A stretch of DNA of 64,000 nt from Marsupella aquatica (taxonomy: Eukaryota > Plantae > Marchantiophyta). Within the stretch, counting starts at the first letter, position 1; the number at the start of each line of letters is the position of its first letter. The DNA lies in NCBI GenBank assembly GCA_973895155.1, contig OZ316898.1, positions 7,861,079 to 7,925,078 of the forward strand. The letters run 5' to 3'. The notes beneath the pieces are model-generated. The model was not told the DNA's origin and did no database searches. It saw nothing but the letters and a program-made list of their open reading frames with translations. Below, piece after piece: positions 60,224-64,000 of this stretch. A program made the translations under genes and the position numbers.

Positions 60224-63041
60224 TTAGAGTCTGGACCGAGTCTGCAATTCGTTTTGCAAAAAACTGATTAACAGCTCATTCACTTGCTCATGCTTTTCTT
60301 GTTGAATGAAGTGTCCACTTTCCAGAACCACAAAGCTTCTGAGATTTGGGACAAAATGCTTCAACCCTCCTCCTTCCACATATTCCTTGGTCCCAGGAAC
60401 ATGCCAAACAATGTCCTTGGAGCCCGCTATGAAGAATGCTGGTGTGGTGATACTGGCCTTCGTATATGGGGCCTGAAGTTCCCATGTTCTGCACATTCTC
60501 AATCAAGTCAGCATTCAAGACATGAACAAGAAAAGGCATGACACAGGCGTTCTAGTTGAAAGCTGGGGAACGAGATACGCATTACTGTTATCAAGACTTG
60601 CTGGGTCTCTAGAAAAGTACATGGCAAGCGCCTCTGGGGTGCATCAAGCGCACACAATGCAATTTCCATTCTATTCCTTGTGCACAAATGAGATAACTCT
60701 TCCTTGGTCCAAGCAAATGACCTCATTACAACTCTCTCTAGATATATCACTGACAAACACTTCGATGCGACCTTAACTCTCTAGATATCATGCTTTGTTA
60801 CTTTCAAATTTACCATTGAGCCACCCTTCAGGTATCAATAGCGACGAATGATGCATCACGTCAATGGAACTAGGAAATCGAAGACAGGTTTCGAGAAGTC
60901 ACCTTTGTATAGCACGATAAACGTTCACAGGACCGGTGAGACCACTTGTCTTGAAAGCTTGTACATACTGATCCAAATCCTCCGCAGTGAACCATGAAGT
61001 TAATGGAGTAGAGCCCTCAAAAACGTCAGCAAGGCTCTTTCCTTTTGGAACAACCAATGCAGATGTTTGTGAGGACAGGATTGTTTCTCTTAAAAATGTT
61101 GGCAGGCCAACACGGGCGATCTCAGCCTCAGCATGACCTGGCTTCTGCATACGAGAGCACGTTTATAGGAAAATCTAAGGGCAGCTGAATTAAACTTTAT
61201 GCATAAACTTTAACGCCTACAGCCTATTCTCAATGCGCGGGAAAATGTATACATGAAAACTAGATTTTCTCTACTGGAGAATTTAACTGAGAGGAGGCAG
61301 AGCAGAAATAATGCTGTAGTTTCACATTATGTCTATTTTGAAGGAACAAGCGAAAAGACAAATTTAGGTGCTCTTACCTGAAACTGAGCCATATACCACC
61401 CATCTCCAAGTTGGGGGACAATAATCGAAAGAAGACTCCCCTTGTTCTGTCGGGGGGTGTAAGGCACACTCAGAGTCACCACAGCTCTCACTCTATCTGG
61501 GCGAAACAAGGCCAAACCCCAGGCTGCCTCCGCTCCCCAATCATGCCCTACTACGAAGACCTGGTCCTTAGTGTCAGCATTTCGTTGGACAAATGTGTTC
61601 CTCACAGACAGATAGAAATTTTCAGAGACAATATAAGGCCAGCAGACTGCACAAAGATTGAATGAATGAAGCAATGTCGATGAGAACAGTAGAGATTCCA
61701 TGAAGCAAACAGATCCCTTCAGATTGCTACAACAGGTTGACACTATCTACCAATCAAATCATTTTCTGAACAAGAGTGCTCTAATGCAACGAGAACAGCT
61801 TCCTGCACCTAAGGTAAACCTTATGAGTGAATCCAATTAAAGATGAATCTAGTTCCACAGATATAGAAATGGCCAAAAGGTATCCGGAAACTTGTGCTAC
61901 GCCTAGACGTTTTGTCACTGCAACTGTGAGAATGTGGCAGCAGAATAACAAGTCTTCCATGTAAGACATGATTGAGCTATATAATAACGTGCTGGAAAGC
62001 CACGGTAGGAGACGAAATACGAGACGCGTTATCCATGGGATGAACCAGGGAAATGGAACAATAGACTCACTTGTTTCTCTCCCAATGCATCAATCAGGCC
62101 GATCAAGTCTCCAGTTATATCAAACACAGTGTACTTCTCAGCTTCCAATGGTGCATCGGTTTGACCAAAGCCCCGGATATCTGGGGCAATTGCGTGAAAT
62201 CCTGCATTTGCTAATGCAGGTATTTGGTAGCGCCAAGTGAACCAAAAATCAGGGAACCCGTGCAGGAGAAGAACAACTGGACCTGGGCACAAATAGATAA
62301 CAGTAGAATCGTTACCAGAGAATCTGCAGCAATGTTTCTTCTCAATTTAACCTTATCCAATATAGAATATTCACTCCCCAACTTTATCACAAGACCTACA
62401 TGGAACAAGTAACCACCAGCAACCGGCAAAGAGCTCTAAGACTCCGGCAATAGGGGAGGATGCTGTTGCAGGTCGAGATAGAATTAGGTAGTTATCTCTA
62501 AGCTTACAAATGCGTGGCGGTGTTGAAGGAATACCGCAGTGTCTGGGCTAGATAAGTCCAAAACAGAGCATGACGTAATGCGGCGAAGGCTAAGATATGC
62601 GTTCTATTCCGCCCCTCTGAACTCCCAATCCTTTTTTTTCTGACGATCCAACCCTTCATATTTGAATTTTCCTTGCAACCTAAAGCTTTTCCAAGGAGCG
62701 TCTTGACCGATCTCCTCTAGTCGAAGGGTCAATGTAATGAGCTTTCAGATTCAACAGCTTGCAGAAAGCGATTTCTCCGTCAACTCAAACCTTATTCAAA
62801 TTAATCAACAACCAAGTCTGAGGTGAACAGATTCCTGAACCTGCGAAACATCCTTATCAGTCTGAAGCTCCAAACCCATCCTTCGCTCTCACGAAATACA
62901 TACAAGTGAAACAGGGCGATAAAGTCCAACTCCCGACTCTAACCCCAGAAGTTCTGATTCTTTTGTCTGACCTGATCCTGCTTCCGCAATGTGCATATTG
63001 ATGCCATTTGTTTTGATGAAGCGATGAGTGATGCCTGACAT
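60224..63041 (-). CDS. Soluble epoxide hydrolase (alpha/beta hydrolase fold), 5 exons
   Basis: Exons about 63041-62972, 62282-62071, 61560-61378, 61144-60903 and 60488-60224. Motifs NGINMHIAEAG, LLHGFPD, APDIRGFG, VGHDWGA, WYMAQFQ, GPVNVYR, GSKD, SGHFIQQE. Confidence 0.95.
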
Positions 63042-63639
63042 TATTGCTCCAAGACTCTGTCCACATATGTCAAGTGCAAATCACAAATTCCGCAAATCAC
63101 GCAATTCTGGTGCCCAATGGAGTAACGGCCACCACTTGCCCTCACTAAGTAAAGATGGAATTCATGGCCCACAAATTCCTAGACTACTGCCCCTCGGTAA
63201 CCCACAAAATCCCGCATAACCTACTTCAGTTCTCTCTGAACCCAAAACAACCAAGAAAATCCCACCAAAACCCAGTCACACACAAGTAAACGAGCCACTC
63301 TGCAGTCCTCTACTGTGACACTGGGCCACCACCAAAACAGCACCACTCGTTTAAAAGAGTTCCCGCATGAATTGGATCAATTCATATTCGAAGATTCGCT
63401 ACTCACCTCGCAACCCCTACACTAGCACGGAAATGTGGTGAAGCAGAAGCACCTCATCTACACATCGAATCCACAGTTGATTTCAGCAGCACGAGCAGTC
63501 TTGACAGCTTGTTGCACCAAACGAAGAAGCAACCAGAGCCCAGAGGAGTGAGTTCAGTGAGCTGCAATCAAATGCCCACTATTGAACTTGATGCATTGCA
63601 CGAGTGAATCGAAGTACTTTACTGTATAGTACTGCCAAC

Positions 63640-63918
63640 CAGTGTATTTTTTTAAGGATTTCACTTTTTCGCCAAGGTGGCTAATGTAAAGTGTGTCAAA
63701 GAGAAGATGCTCAAAAGATTCTATATTCAATTATTTTCCTGACCGTCAGATCTCCCTAGATTTAAGGCAGACCGTTAGATTCTGGCTATTGGGGCCTGGG
63801 ATTAGGTGGAACATTGGCTAATGAGACAGCAAAAAAGTAGCGAATTTTAGCCAAAAGTGGGGGAAGGATTTTTGGGGAGGTGGAATCTAGCGAATTTTCG
63901 CCACTAAAAAAAACACTG
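63640..63918. mobile_element. hAT-type MITE with 8-bp target site duplication
   Basis: TIRs CAGTGTATTTTTTTA / TAAAAAAAACACTG; perfect TSD CTGCCAAC at 63632-63639 and 63919-63926. Confidence 0.9.
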
Positions 63919-64000
63919 CTGCCAACTATAAAGGGCCAAACCTAGAGAGATCCCAAAAGCCTCAACACCCTGGCCCACCCTTGACTAGGGAAGATGGTGG

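Overview
Eukaryotic nuclear DNA with spliceosomal introns. It is most likely from a seed-free plant with flagellated sperm (bryophyte/liverwort-like), inferred from an IFT54/TRAF3IP1 cilium gene beside plant-type XTH and plastid-targeted argininosuccinate lyase genes. The left ~26 kb is a transposon nest. (i) The end of a CACTA element (terminus at 11146) carries ~83-bp and 578-bp tandem arrays and, at the window edge, an ORF with an H3-tail-like N-terminus and a PHD finger. (ii) The CACTA sits inside a Ty3/Gypsy retrotransposon whose pol frame encodes a C5 DNA cytosine methyltransferase directly upstream of RT-RNaseH-integrase and ends in a PHD finger. (iii) The Gypsy appears to sit inside a PIF/Harbinger element (DDE transposase plus a convergent Myb/SANT-like ORF). 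An intact ~810-aa orphan TE-type ORF follows. The right ~38 kb holds ordinary genes (argininosuccinate lyase, XTH, IFT54, KANSL3/Tex30-like alpha/beta hydrolase, epoxide hydrolase). Among them lie two adjacent long-TIR foldback elements, a probable solo LTR, a decayed LINE and a hAT MITE. The standout is the DNMT+PHD-bearing Gypsy element in an apparent land plant; this copy is dead. All calls are by eye from motifs; no database searches were run.
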